Below, one piece after another: positions 52,648-62,938 of a stretch of 64,000 bases of DNA. A program made the position numbers and the translations under genes. The stretch is from an uncultured Pelagibacteraceae bacterium (GTDB taxonomy: Bacteria; Pseudomonadota; Alphaproteobacteria; Pelagibacterales; Pelagibacteraceae), in contig CACGGD010000001.1 in the NCBI GenBank assembly GCA_902572605.1, positions 95,861 through 159,860 of the forward strand. The letters are read 5' to 3'. Each line of letters starts with the position of its first letter. Positions within the stretch are counted from its first letter, which is position 1. The notes beneath the pieces were generated by a model that was given only the letters and a program-made list of their open reading frames with translations, did no database searches and was not told the origin of the DNA.

Positions 52648-53648
52648 TAAAATAAAACCGATACTTGTCTAAATATTTTTTTTGTAAAAGTTGGAATGAA
52701 TTCTTCGTTCTTATCGATTGAATGCCAAATGAAAGATGAAGGTATCTTATTTGAAAATTTATAGTATAAATTAATATTTAATTTCTTATTTGAAATAGAT
52801 TTTTTGTATTTTTTTAAAAGTTTCCAGTCTTTGGTTTTTATATTTTTTTTTGCTTCTCTAATCTCAGGTAAACTAAATTGATTAAGGAAACCTAGTTTAT
52901 TTTCTTTGGTAAGTGCTATTTGTTTTTTTTTATTTATATAACAAAACACATCATAATTTTTACTTTTTATCATCTTTTTCTTAATAGTTTTTATTTTTTT
53001 TGAAGAGTTAAAATATTTACAATTTTTATTCAAATTACAAATGCCGCATTTTGGGTCTTTTGGTTTACAAATTAGTGCACCAAACTCCATTAAAGCCTCT
53101 ACAAAATCTGAGTTTCTTTTTGTATTAAAAAATTTTTTTTTATTTTCCTCTATAAATTGATCAAAATTGATTTTGCTTTCTTTTTTGTTAATTATTCTTG
53201 AGAAAACTCTTTTTACATTTCCATCTAAAGCAATGCCAGGTTTGTTATGAACCAGACTCAGCAATGCATTAGCTGTATAGTCTCCCACCCCTGGAAGTGC
53301 TTTAATTTCTTTAAATGTGCTTGGCAATTTTGAATTATGTTCAAGGACTAATATTTTTGAAGTTGCTAAAAGATTTCTTGCCCTTCTATAGTAACCAAGT
53401 CCTTCCCATAACTTTAAGGTTTTTTTTTCATTTGATTTTGAAAATGACTTTAAAGTTTTATATTTTTTAGTAAATTTTTTAAAATATGGAATTACCGTTT
53501 TAACTTGAGTTTGTTGCAACATAAATTCACTAAGAAGTCTATAATAGACCTTTTTAGACGAATTTTTGCCAACACGCCAAGGAAGGGTGCGTTTATTATT
53601 ATCGTACCAACCTAGAATTTTTTTTGATAAATTAAAATTTAAATGCAT
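52647..53648 (-). CDS. mutY: A/G-specific adenine glycosylase
   Basis: RTLPWR, SEFMLQQT, WEGLGYYRRARNL, HhH LPGVGDYTA, DGNVKRV, Fe-S motif C-x6-C-x2-C-x5-C. Confidence 0.95.
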   Translation of the reverse strand: MHLNFNLSKKILGWYDNNKRTLPWRVGKNSSKKVYYRLLSEFMLQQTQVKTVIPYFKKFTKKYKTLKSFSKSNEKKTLKLWEGLGYYRRARNLLATSKILVLEHNSKLPSTFKEIKALPGVGDYTANALLSLVHNKPGIALDGNVKRVFSRIINKKESKINFDQFIEENKKKFFNTKRNSDFVEALMEFGALICKPKDPKCGICNLNKNCKYFNSSKKIKTIKKKMIKSKNYDVFCYINKKKQIALTKENKLGFLNQFSLPEIREAKKNIKTKDWKLLKKYKKSISNKKLNINLYYKFSNKIPSSFIWHSIDKNEEFIPTFTKKIFRQVSVLF

Positions 53649-54125
53649 AGTAAAGATAATAATAAATCAAAGAATTTCATACAAGGGCTTAGACCTTTCT
53701 CAAGTTCAATACCAAAAACACTGAAAAAACATTTGAAAAAAGGTGGATATAACTATTCTAACATTGTTGATAATTGGACAAAAATGGTAAACAAAAAAAT
53801 ATCTGACGCCTGCTACCCTATAAAAATAAAAATGGGAAAAGGGATGAAGGATGGAACTTTAGTTTTAAATGTGCTTCATGGTAAAGAACTAGAGATTGAA
53901 TATGAAAAAAATAATATCATAGATAAAATAAATAGTTTTTTTGGATATAGCTGTATAAACAAAATAATACTTAAAGTTATTCAAGAAAAAATTAAGATTA
54001 ACAAAAATAGATTTTCCAAGATTAAAGATATTTCAATAATTAATCAGAAATTAGAAAAAGTAAGCAATAATCATTTGAAGAACTCTTTAAGTGAACTTTT
54101 AAAAGCATACAATGAAAAGAATTAA
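53643..54125 (+). CDS. DciA/DUF721-family protein
   Basis: NW..MV, P.KI, GTL.L.V, IIDKINSFFGY; conserved mutY-DUF721-dsbA-smc synteny. Confidence 0.8.
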   Translation: MHSKDNNKSKNFIQGLRPFSSSIPKTLKKHLKKGGYNYSNIVDNWTKMVNKKISDACYPIKIKMGKGMKDGTLVLNVLHGKELEIEYEKNNIIDKINSFFGYSCINKIILKVIQEKIKINKNRFSKIKDISIINQKLEKVSNNHLKNSLSELLKAYNEKN

Positions 54126-54744
54126 GAAATCTTTTTTTAAAATAGTATTTCTTCTTATTTTAATAATTCCAATAAGTTGTGATAATAATAAAATAGTTAA
54201 AAATCCTGAAGTTAAAACAGAAGCAAAAGCCTTAAAAATAGGAAATGCCGATTCTAAAATTACTATCAAAGTATTTTCATCTTTAACGTGTCCGCATTGT
54301 GCAAGTTTTCATATGAATATTTTTGAAAAATTAAAGAAAGAATATATAGACGAGGGAATAGTAAAATTTGAACACCATAGTTTTCCGCTAGATTTAGCAG
54401 CGTTAAATGCAGAAATTATTGTTAGATGTCACTCGGATAACAATAAAAGTTTTCAATTATTAGGTGAGATATATAAAAAACAAAGTCAATGGGCTGTTGG
54501 ATCTGATATAAATATTATTAACGAATCTATCAAAAAAATTGGTTTAGATTCTGGTTTAGACAACAAAAGAATGGAAAAGTGTCTTAATGATGAAAATGTC
54601 CAAGAAGAAATTTTAAATGAAAGGATTGAAGCCCAAAAAATTTATAATATTGAGTCAACCCCAACTATTTATGTCAATAAAAAACTTTATAGAGGTAAAC
54701 ACGATTATAAGCAATTTAAAAAGTTAATAGAAAAACTTTTATAG
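54112..54744 (+). CDS. DsbA-family thioredoxin-fold lipoprotein
   Basis: Lipobox-like IPISC, SLTCPHCA, FPLD, STPT. Confidence 0.88.
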   Translation: MKRIKKSFFKIVFLLILIIPISCDNNKIVKNPEVKTEAKALKIGNADSKITIKVFSSLTCPHCASFHMNIFEKLKKEYIDEGIVKFEHHSFPLDLAALNAEIIVRCHSDNNKSFQLLGEIYKKQSQWAVGSDINIINESIKKIGLDSGLDNKRMEKCLNDENVQEEILNERIEAQKIYNIESTPTIYVNKKLYRGKHDYKQFKKLIEKLL

Positions 54745-57189
54745 ATGAAATTTAAAAATTTAGAAATAAATGGTTTTAAATCTTTTTCTGATAAGACAAC
54801 TTTTTTAATTGAAGAAGGTTTGACTGGAATTGTTGGTCCTAATGGATGTGGAAAATCTAATATTGTCGAAGCTTTAAGATGGTGTATGGGAGAAAATTCA
54901 CCAAAAAGCATGAGGGGGTCTGGGATGGAAGATGTTATTTTTTCTGGAACATCAAATAGACCTTCTAAAAATATTTCTGAGGTAGTTTTATCACTAGACA
55001 ATAAATCCAAAGAAGGCACTTCTCATTATAATGAATTTGACGAAATAACAGTTAAAAGAAAAATAGAAAAAGATAAAGGATCAAAATATTACATTAATGA
55101 TAAAGAAGTCAGAGCAAGAGATGTTCAAACTTTCTTTGCTGATCTATCAACTGGAGCTCACTCTCCATCTCTAATTAGTCAAGGAACAATAGGTCAGCTC
55201 GTAACATCAAAGCCTATAGAGAGAAGATCCATACTTGAAGAGGCTGCAGGTATTTCAGGGATTCATGCAAGAAGGCAAGAAGCTGAAACTAGACTTAATG
55301 CAGCAGAAAATAATCTTAAAAGAGCTGACGAACTTAAAAGACAACAACAAAAACAATTAGATAATTTAAAGAAACAAGCAGAAGAGGCAACGAGATATAA
55401 AGAAATATCTAAAGAAATAAAAAGTGTTGAAGCAGGATTATATTATTTAAAAATTCAAGAAATAGAAAAAGAAAAAAAACAAATAATAGAAAAACTCAGC
55501 GAACTAGAAGATGAAATAAGTGCAATAAATATAGACTTTAATCACAATAATACTTTATTGGAAGAAGAAAATAAAAAGCTTTCACCATTAAGAGATAAAA
55601 AAATGGAAAGTGCAGCAAAAATTCAAAAGCTTAACTTAGATATGACCAGTCTTGAAGAGGAAGAGTCTAGAGTAAAATCTTTGCAAATTAAGCTTGAAAA
55701 ATCTATCAAAACAATTGTGTCAGACCTAGAGCGAGAACGAAGTATTTCTTTAGACTCTGACTTAAATGAAAAAAGAATTTCACAAGAAAAAGACGCTTTG
55801 TTAAAAACTGAAAATGAGCTTATTGAAGTAGAGTCTGAGTCTTCTAAAGAGCTTAATAAATCAAAAATAAATTTAAATAATTTACAGAATAAACTTGATG
55901 ATCTTCTAAGTGAAATAGAAAGTTATATAGATCAAGAAAAAAAACTTACAAAAGATATTTTTCAAGAGTTAAAAAAATTAGTAAAAGAAATAACTTTATC
56001 TCAAGAGGAATATGCAGAAAAATACGGTAAGAACAAATCAATACAAAGTGATTCTATAAAAAGAAAAGAAAGAATTAAAAATATAGATATTGAACTTGAA
56101 AATTGGAGAAATTTAAAATCAAATTCAGAAAAAATGATTTTAGAACTTAATCAAAGAAAAGATAAAATTCGTGCAGAACAAGATGAAAACCTTAAAAATC
56201 CTGAAAGGATAGCTACCTCAAAAGGGCAAAACTTACAAAATCTGGAAAATACTAAAAAAAGAAATGAAGAAATTGAAAATGAATTAATTGAATCAGAAAA
56301 AAAATTTAATTTAATTAACCAGAATTTAAAAGAAATACAGTCGAAATTATCAAATTTGAAAGAAAATAAAGCTAGATACGAAGCTACAACTGAGGGAATT
56401 GATAACAGAAAAAAAGATTTGCTATATTCAGTTAAGAATGAACTTAATATTCAAAATGAGGCATCACTATTAGCTAATTCAGATTTTAACAGTTTATCTA
56501 TTCAGGATTTTCCTAATATAGATGATCAAATTCAAAAAGTAGAAAAAATAAAAAAACTAAGAGAGTCCTTAGGCTCCGTTAACCTTCGAGCTGATGAAGA
56601 AACAAAAAAATACGAAATAGAAATTAAAAAAATGGAAGATGACAGAGCAGATCTTTATTCTGCTATAGTAAAATTAAAAGCTAGTATAGATGAACTTAAC
56701 CAAAAAGGAAGAGAAAGACTTCTTGAAGCTTTTACAAAGGTAAATAGAAAATTTAATGAAGTATATACAAAGTTATTTAGTGGAGGAACTGCAAAAATTG
56801 AATTGGTAGACTCGGATGATCCTTTAGAAGCAGGTTTAGAAATGTTTGTTTCACCTCCTGGAAAAAGACTTCAATCAATCACTCTCCTATCCGGAGGAGA
56901 GCAAGCTTTAACAGCTTTATCTTTAGTTTTTGCTGTTTTTTTAGTAAATCCTTCCCCTATCTGTGTCTTGGATGAAGTTGATGCTCCTTTAGATGATGCT
57001 AATGTTACGAGATTTTGTGGTTTGCTTGATGAACTTACAAAAATAACAAAAACTAAATTTATAATCATAACACACCATGCCCTAACTATGTCCAGAATGC
57101 ATAGGCTTTACGGTGTTACGATGGCTGAACAAGGAATTAGTCAATTGGTTTCGGTCGACTTGCAAAAAGCCGAAGATCTTGTAGCCTAA
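54745..57189 (+). CDS. smc: Chromosome segregation protein SMC (short, no recognisable hinge)
   Basis: GFKSF, GPNGCGKSN, ISQG, EEAAGI, LGSVNLRA, PPGK, LSGGE, LDEVDAPLD, ITH. Confidence 0.92.
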   Translation: MKFKNLEINGFKSFSDKTTFLIEEGLTGIVGPNGCGKSNIVEALRWCMGENSPKSMRGSGMEDVIFSGTSNRPSKNISEVVLSLDNKSKEGTSHYNEFDEITVKRKIEKDKGSKYYINDKEVRARDVQTFFADLSTGAHSPSLISQGTIGQLVTSKPIERRSILEEAAGISGIHARRQEAETRLNAAENNLKRADELKRQQQKQLDNLKKQAEEATRYKEISKEIKSVEAGLYYLKIQEIEKEKKQIIEKLSELEDEISAINIDFNHNNTLLEEENKKLSPLRDKKMESAAKIQKLNLDMTSLEEEESRVKSLQIKLEKSIKTIVSDLERERSISLDSDLNEKRISQEKDALLKTENELIEVESESSKELNKSKINLNNLQNKLDDLLSEIESYIDQEKKLTKDIFQELKKLVKEITLSQEEYAEKYGKNKSIQSDSIKRKERIKNIDIELENWRNLKSNSEKMILELNQRKDKIRAEQDENLKNPERIATSKGQNLQNLENTKKRNEEIENELIESEKKFNLINQNLKEIQSKLSNLKENKARYEATTEGIDNRKKDLLYSVKNELNIQNEASLLANSDFNSLSIQDFPNIDDQIQKVEKIKKLRESLGSVNLRADEETKKYEIEIKKMEDDRADLYSAIVKLKASIDELNQKGRERLLEAFTKVNRKFNEVYTKLFSGGTAKIELVDSDDPLEAGLEMFVSPPGKRLQSITLLSGGEQALTALSLVFAVFLVNPSPICVLDEVDAPLDDANVTRFCGLLDELTKITKTKFIIITHHALTMSRMHRLYGVTMAEQGISQLVSVDLQKAEDLVA

Positions 57190-57195
57190 ATAATA

Positions 57196-57480
57196 ATGAC
57201 AAAGCCTGAAGATTTTAAAACTCGCCTAAAAATTGCAAAATCTAAAATAAAAAATCAAAATCTTTCAAGCAGTGAAAAAAGAGGCTCTTTTATGGGGAAC
57301 GCATTCAAATTAGGCACTGAATTAGTCGCAGCAGTTGTAGTTGGGACAATAATTGGGTTTATTTTAGATAGTTGGTTTGGTACTACACCCTGGTTAATAA
57401 TAATTTTCTTTTTTTTAGGAGCTGCAGCTGGAATGTTAAATGTCATAAAAGCAGCTAATCGGATGCAAAAAGAAGATTAA
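57196..57480 (+). CDS. atpI: AtpZ/AtpI-family ATP synthase protein
   Basis: ELVAAVVVG..IG..LD.WFGT.PW, two TMs, first gene of the F0 operon. Confidence 0.88.
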   Translation: MTKPEDFKTRLKIAKSKIKNQNLSSSEKRGSFMGNAFKLGTELVAAVVVGTIIGFILDSWFGTTPWLIIIFFFLGAAAGMLNVIKAANRMQKED

Positions 57481-57494
57481 AACAAAGGATTTTT

Positions 57495-58229
57495 ATGGCT
57501 AGTAACCCAATGCAACAATTCAGTGTTCATAAGATAGGACCTGAAATTAAAATAGCTGGAATAGATTTGTCTTTTACTAATGCTAGCTTATTTATGTTTA
57601 TTAGTGTGGGTTTAATTTTACTTTTTCTATTCTTAGGAACAAGAGAAAAGAAAATAATTCCTGATAAAATTCAATTAATTGCGGAAATGCTCTATAACTT
57701 CGTTGCTAAGATGATAAGTGATACTGCTGGTTCTAAGGCTAAGCCATATTTCCCTTTTATATTCAGTTTATTCATGTTCGTTCTTTTATGTAATATGGTT
57801 GGTATGCTGCCTTATTCTTTTACAGTAACTAGCCACATCATAGTTACACTAATAATGGCCTTATTTATCTTTATTGCTGTAACTGTCATTGGATTCTATA
57901 AACACGGTTTTAAATATTTAAGTATATTTGTTCCTAGTGGAGTACCTGTAGTTCTCTTGCCTCTTATTACTATCATAGAGATTATTTCTTATTTAAGTAG
58001 ACCAGTAAGTTTATCGGTTCGATTATTCGCTAACATGATGGCGGGTCATACTATGTTAAAAGTTTTTGGAGGATTTGTAATTAGTTTAGGAATGCTGGGC
58101 GGTTGGTTACCGCTCAGTTTTTCAGTAGCATTAACTGGCTTAGAAATATTAGTAGCATTTCTTCAAGCCTATGTTTTTGCAATACTAACCTGCATCTATT
58201 TAAATGATGCATTAAATTTACATCATTAA
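57495..58229 (+). CDS. atpB: F0 ATP synthase subunit a
   Basis: SFTNAS, SRPVSLSVRLFANMMAGH, LQAYVF. Confidence 0.98.
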   Translation: MASNPMQQFSVHKIGPEIKIAGIDLSFTNASLFMFISVGLILLFLFLGTREKKIIPDKIQLIAEMLYNFVAKMISDTAGSKAKPYFPFIFSLFMFVLLCNMVGMLPYSFTVTSHIIVTLIMALFIFIAVTVIGFYKHGFKYLSIFVPSGVPVVLLPLITIIEIISYLSRPVSLSVRLFANMMAGHTMLKVFGGFVISLGMLGGWLPLSFSVALTGLEILVAFLQAYVFAILTCIYLNDALNLHH

Positions 58230-58246
58230 CTAATAAAGGAGGAAAA

Positions 58247-58474
58247 ATGGAGTTAGAAGCGGCAAAAATGATTGGGGCAGGTCTTGCAGCAATCGCATTA
58301 GCTGGAGCTGGCGTAGGTATCGGAATTATTTTTGGTAACTACCTATCTGGAGCTATGAGAAATCCATCTGCAGCACAAAAACAATTCCCTAATTTGCTAT
58401 TAGGATTTGCTTTAGCTGAAGCAACTGGATTATTTGGGCTTGTAGTAGCGTTGATTATTTTATTTGCATTTTAA
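58247..58474 (+). CDS. atpE: F0 ATP synthase subunit c
   Basis: GAGVGIG, RNP loop, FALAEA; strong AAAGGAGG Shine-Dalgarno. Confidence 0.98.
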   Translation: MELEAAKMIGAGLAAIALAGAGVGIGIIFGNYLSGAMRNPSAAQKQFPNLLLGFALAEATGLFGLVVALIILFAF

Positions 58475-58485
58475 TTAAATAAATT

Positions 58486-59061
58486 ATGAAACGTTATCTG
58501 GCTTTAATATTAGTCTTATCGACTGTTTGTACTAATTTAATTGGAGCTGAGGCTGGTATGCCTCAGCTAGATCCAAAGTATTGGGCATCACAAGCCTTTT
58601 GGTTAATTTTAGTATTCTCGATTTTATATTTATCTATTTCAAAATTTTATTTACCAAAAATAAAAAAAAACCTCGATGATCGGGAAAGCAAAATAAAGGA
58701 AGATTTAGATGAGGCTAATAAATTAAAAAATTTGTCAGAAAAAAAGCTCAAAGAATATGAAATCATTTTAGAAAATTCAAAAAAGGAGGTTATAAAAATT
58801 TTGTTAGAATCTAAAGTTACTTTGAATAAAGATATTCAAAATAAAAAAACTTCTATGGAAAAAGAAATTGAGAGCGAGATGTTAAAAGCACAAAAAGAAA
58901 TCTCAGAAGTTAAAAAAAATTCTATCAACTCTATAAATAATATATCCCAAGAAATTGCTTCTAATATAATTGAAAAAATCTCAGGTGATAAACTTAATGA
59001 AAGTAGTATTAAAGCTGTAATAGAAGATATTTCGAAAAAAAATATAGGTAAATATTTATGA
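58486..59061 (+). CDS. F0 ATP synthase subunit b'
   Basis: GMPQLD...SQAFWL, LPKI, R...I..DL; position after atpE. Confidence 0.92.
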   Translation: MKRYLALILVLSTVCTNLIGAEAGMPQLDPKYWASQAFWLILVFSILYLSISKFYLPKIKKNLDDRESKIKEDLDEANKLKNLSEKKLKEYEIILENSKKEVIKILLESKVTLNKDIQNKKTSMEKEIESEMLKAQKEISEVKKNSINSINNISQEIASNIIEKISGDKLNESSIKAVIEDISKKNIGKYL

Positions 59062-59555
59062 TGATAGATGCTTCATTTTGGGTTGCAATTTCTTTTTTTA
59101 TTTTTCTTGGCATACTAATTTATTTTAGAGTCCCTCAAAAAGTAAAAAACGTTTTAAATGAAAATATCTTAAATATTAGAAATCAAATAAGTGAAGCTGA
59201 AAAACTTAAAGAAGAAGCAAAAAATATTTTAAGTGAACAAGAAAAAAAAATCAGTAATTCAAAAGCTGAGGTTAAATCAATGATTGATAAAGCCAACGAA
59301 GACTCTGAAAAGAATATTATTAAAACAAATGAAGAATTTCATATATTAATGGATAATAGAAAAAAAAATGCTGAAGAAAGAATTAAACAAATGAAAAATC
59401 AAGCTGTTAAAGATATTAAGAACGCTTCTATAAAAATAGCTATAGAATCTGTTGAAAAACTTCTTAAGAATTCCTTGGATAAAAGCAAATTAGATAAGAT
59501 CTATTTATCGAGTATTGAAGAAACAAAATTAGCACTTAAGAAAAAATCCAGTTAG
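59058..59555 (+). CDS. atpF: F0 ATP synthase subunit b
   Basis: FWVAISF TM followed by coiled coil, EAEKLKEEA. Confidence 0.93.
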   Translation: MMIDASFWVAISFFIFLGILIYFRVPQKVKNVLNENILNIRNQISEAEKLKEEAKNILSEQEKKISNSKAEVKSMIDKANEDSEKNIIKTNEEFHILMDNRKKNAEERIKQMKNQAVKDIKNASIKIAIESVEKLLKNSLDKSKLDKIYLSSIEETKLALKKKSS

Positions 59556-59572
59556 AATAGGCCATAATAATT

Positions 59573-61039
59573 ATGGCAAAAAAAATAATAGTAATAGGCT
59601 CAGGCTTTGGTGGTCTAGCTGCATCATTAAGACTTAAAGCTAAAGGTTATGATGTAACTTTAGTTGAAAAACATCCTGATTTAGGCGGCAGAGCAAGGGT
59701 TTTTAAAAAGGGAAATTTTACTTATGATGGTGGACCTACTGTAATCACAGCACCATATCTTTTTGGAGAATTATTTAATTTATTTAACAAAAAAATTTCG
59801 GATTACGTAGACATAGTTCCTTTAGATTTATGGTACCGGTTTGTGTTTAGTAATGGACAAACATTTGATTACTCTGGCGATTCAAAATCAATGGAAAAAG
59901 AAGTCAAAAAATTTTCAGATAAAGATTTTAAAGGATATAACAATTTAGTTAATTTTACTGAGAAAATTTTTAATAAAGGTTTTACAGATTTATCGGATAA
60001 ACCCTTTAATAATCTTACTTTTATGCTCAAACAAATTCCATCTTTATTGAGTTTAAAAAGTTACAAATCTGTTTATCAATTAATTTCAAATTATATATCT
60101 GACGAAAAATTAAGAAAAGTTTTTAGTATGCACCCTCTTCTAGTAGGTGGTAATCCTTTTACAACAACTTCAATTTACGCATTAATCTTATTTTTAGAAA
60201 AGAAATGGGGCATCCACTACTCAATGGGAGGTACAGGCAGTGTGGTTAAAGCTTTAGAAAAATTAATGAAAGAAGAAAATATTGAGATTATTAAAAACTC
60301 TGAAGTAACTGAAATTATTTCTGACAATTATAAAGTTAAAGGGGTGAAGATAAATAATTCAAAAATTATTCTGTGTGACTATATTATTTGTAATTCAGAT
60401 CCTCCAAATGTGTATCAAAATTTAATTAAGTCAAAAAATAAATATAATTTTTTATTTAAACAAAAAATCAAAAGAATGGATTATTCTATGGGTCTGTTTG
60501 TTTATTATTTTGGATCTAAAAAACAATACAAAGATGTAGCCCACCATACAATTTACTTTGGGGACTCATATGAGAAACATTTAGATAAAATTTTTGAGAA
60601 GAAAATATTATCTGAAGATATAAGTTATTATCTTCATAGACCTTCAGCTACAGATCCTAACATGGCTCCAAATGGTCAAGATGCATTTTATGTTTTAGTC
60701 CCAGTTCCAAATAATCTATCTAGTATAAATTGGTCTAATGAAGGTAAAAAATTTAAAAATCTAGTCTTGGATAAAATGGATAAATCTGTATTACCTGGAA
60801 TAAAAGAAAATGTAGTAAGTGATTTTTATTTAACTCCTGATTATTTTGAAAAAGATTTAGCAACCTTACATGGATCAGGATTTTCAATCCAGCCGAAATT
60901 CTCACAATCAGCATATTTTAGATTTCATAACCAGTCAGAAATATTTAACAATTTATATTTTGTCGGAGCTGGAACACACCCAGGCGCAGGAATGCCAGGT
61001 GTGCTTTCTTCTGCTAAAGTATTAGATAGGTTGTTTTAA
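59573..61039 (+). CDS. crtI: Phytoene desaturase
   Basis: IGSGFGGLA, GGRA, DGGPTVIT, LLVGGNPF, FVGAGTHPGAGMPGV. Confidence 0.96.
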   Translation: MAKKIIVIGSGFGGLAASLRLKAKGYDVTLVEKHPDLGGRARVFKKGNFTYDGGPTVITAPYLFGELFNLFNKKISDYVDIVPLDLWYRFVFSNGQTFDYSGDSKSMEKEVKKFSDKDFKGYNNLVNFTEKIFNKGFTDLSDKPFNNLTFMLKQIPSLLSLKSYKSVYQLISNYISDEKLRKVFSMHPLLVGGNPFTTTSIYALILFLEKKWGIHYSMGGTGSVVKALEKLMKEENIEIIKNSEVTEIISDNYKVKGVKINNSKIILCDYIICNSDPPNVYQNLIKSKNKYNFLFKQKIKRMDYSMGLFVYYFGSKKQYKDVAHHTIYFGDSYEKHLDKIFEKKILSEDISYYLHRPSATDPNMAPNGQDAFYVLVPVPNNLSSINWSNEGKKFKNLVLDKMDKSVLPGIKENVVSDFYLTPDYFEKDLATLHGSGFSIQPKFSQSAYFRFHNQSEIFNNLYFVGAGTHPGAGMPGVLSSAKVLDRLF

Positions 61040-61884
61040 TGACTAACTTGTTGAAAAAACACGCAAAATCATTTTACTGGGCAAGTTTTTTTTTATCTAA
61101 GGAAATATTTGTTAAATGTTCATCTCTATATAATTTCTGTAGAACTTTAGATGATATAGTTGATGAAGATAATACATTAGAAACTAAAAAAGAGAATTTT
61201 TTAAATTTTAAACAAGATTTCAAAACTAAAAATCTCAACAATCCCATAATAAAAGAAATGTGGTCAATAATAGATAGTGAAAAAATTTCCAAACAAGTCG
61301 CAATTGATTTATTTGATGGAGTTCAAACAGATTTGAGGGAAAAAGTTCAAATTAATTCTAAAAAAGAATTATTGGTTTATTCTTATAGAGTTGCAGGGAC
61401 AGTTGGCATCATGATGTCAAAAATTCTCAAAGTAAATAACAAGGAAGCTTTAAAGGGTGCAATAGACCTTGGTATTGCTATGCAACTTACTAATATTGCC
61501 CGTGATGTTTGTGAGGATAAAGCCCGTAATAGAGAATATATTAAACATGATTTTTCATCAATTAAAGAAATTATCAAAGACTCTCAAGAGTTTTATGAGA
61601 AATCTTTTCACTCCATTAGCTGCATACCAATAAGATCTAGATTTTCAGTTATTGTAGCAAGGCGTGTTTACAAAAAAATTGGTGACTATATTCTTAAACA
61701 AAAAAATATAGATAATTATAATAAAGCTGGAAAAATATATGTTCCAATATTTGAGAAAATAATTCAAACTTTCTTATCTTTTTTTGACTTTGTAAAGTTA
61801 TTATTTGTTAAAAACTTAAACTACGATAATCATATAAATCACAATATTTTGAAAGAGGAAGTAAATATAAATGAGAGAATTTAA
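61039..61884 (+). CDS. crtB: Phytoene synthase
   Basis: KSFYWAS, LYNFCRTLDDIVD, YSYRVAGTVG, LGIAMQLTNIARDV.ED. Confidence 0.95.
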   Translation: MTNLLKKHAKSFYWASFFLSKEIFVKCSSLYNFCRTLDDIVDEDNTLETKKENFLNFKQDFKTKNLNNPIIKEMWSIIDSEKISKQVAIDLFDGVQTDLREKVQINSKKELLVYSYRVAGTVGIMMSKILKVNNKEALKGAIDLGIAMQLTNIARDVCEDKARNREYIKHDFSSIKEIIKDSQEFYEKSFHSISCIPIRSRFSVIVARRVYKKIGDYILKQKNIDNYNKAGKIYVPIFEKIIQTFLSFFDFVKLLFVKNLNYDNHINHNILKEEVNINERI

Positions 61885-62938
61885 TTATGTTATAATCGGC
61901 GGAGGTTGTGCAGGATTATCGTTAGCATATGAACTTGAAATTAATGATAAATTAAAAGACAAAACCCTTGCTATAATTGAAACTCGTGAAGAATATAAAA
62001 GAGATAAAACATGGTCTTTTTGGAAAGTTTTTGATCATAACTTTGATGATTGTGTAATAAAAAGTTGGAATAATTTTACAATTAATACCTCAGAGAGTTC
62101 TCATGAATTAAGAAATAAAAACTTTCCTTATCAAAGTATTGACAGTGGAAAATTTTATAAAAAAATAAATTCTAAGCTTTCTGGTAATTCTAACATTAGT
62201 TTTTTCAAAAATCTCGGTGATATTAATTCAGAAAATTCATTAATTTTTAACAGTGTCTTTGAAGGAGAGCTCGATAAATCTGAGATGTGGCAACACTTTC
62301 AAGGTATTGAGATAGAGACACCGAAGAATATTTTTGATGAAGAAATAATAAATCTCATGGATTTTAATTGTGACCAGAGAAATGACCTACACTTTTTCTA
62401 TACATTGCCATTTAGTAAAAATAGAGCTTTAATCGAAACTACTTGGTTATCAAATTTAGAAGATCAGAGTCTTATGGATTATGATCTTCAATTAGAAAAT
62501 TATATAAAAAATAATCTTGGAATAAAAAATTATAAAATAAATTTTACTGAAAAAGGAGCTATACCACTATTTTATCCTTCTTTTAAAAATGATAATAAAA
62601 CTATAAATATTGGCTCTGCCGGTGGAATGACTCGGTTAAGTACAGGATATACTTTTTTAAATATTCAAGAACATAGTAAATATATAGTAGAAAATATTGA
62701 TAAAGTTAAAAAGGTAAAAATATTCGATCTAGGAAAAAAATATCAATTCCTAGATAAAGTATTCTTAAGAGTTTTAGAAGAACACCCAGAAAAAATGCCA
62801 AAGATATTCTTAGATATGTTCAAAACCTCTTCAAATACTGTTATTAAATTTTTATCAAACAAAAGTAATATTTTTGAAGATATAAATATTATTAGTAAAA
62901 TGCCAAAATTAATTTTTTTAAAGGCATTATTTAATTAA
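61871..62938 (+). CDS. crtY: Lycopene beta-cyclase
   Basis: IIGGGCAGLSLA, DKTWSFW, LMDF, FFYTLPF...ALIETT, E.GAIP, STGYTF. Confidence 0.9.
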   Translation: MREFNYVIIGGGCAGLSLAYELEINDKLKDKTLAIIETREEYKRDKTWSFWKVFDHNFDDCVIKSWNNFTINTSESSHELRNKNFPYQSIDSGKFYKKINSKLSGNSNISFFKNLGDINSENSLIFNSVFEGELDKSEMWQHFQGIEIETPKNIFDEEIINLMDFNCDQRNDLHFFYTLPFSKNRALIETTWLSNLEDQSLMDYDLQLENYIKNNLGIKNYKINFTEKGAIPLFYPSFKNDNKTINIGSAGGMTRLSTGYTFLNIQEHSKYIVENIDKVKKVKIFDLGKKYQFLDKVFLRVLEEHPEKMPKIFLDMFKTSSNTVIKFLSNKSNIFEDINIISKMPKLIFLKALFN

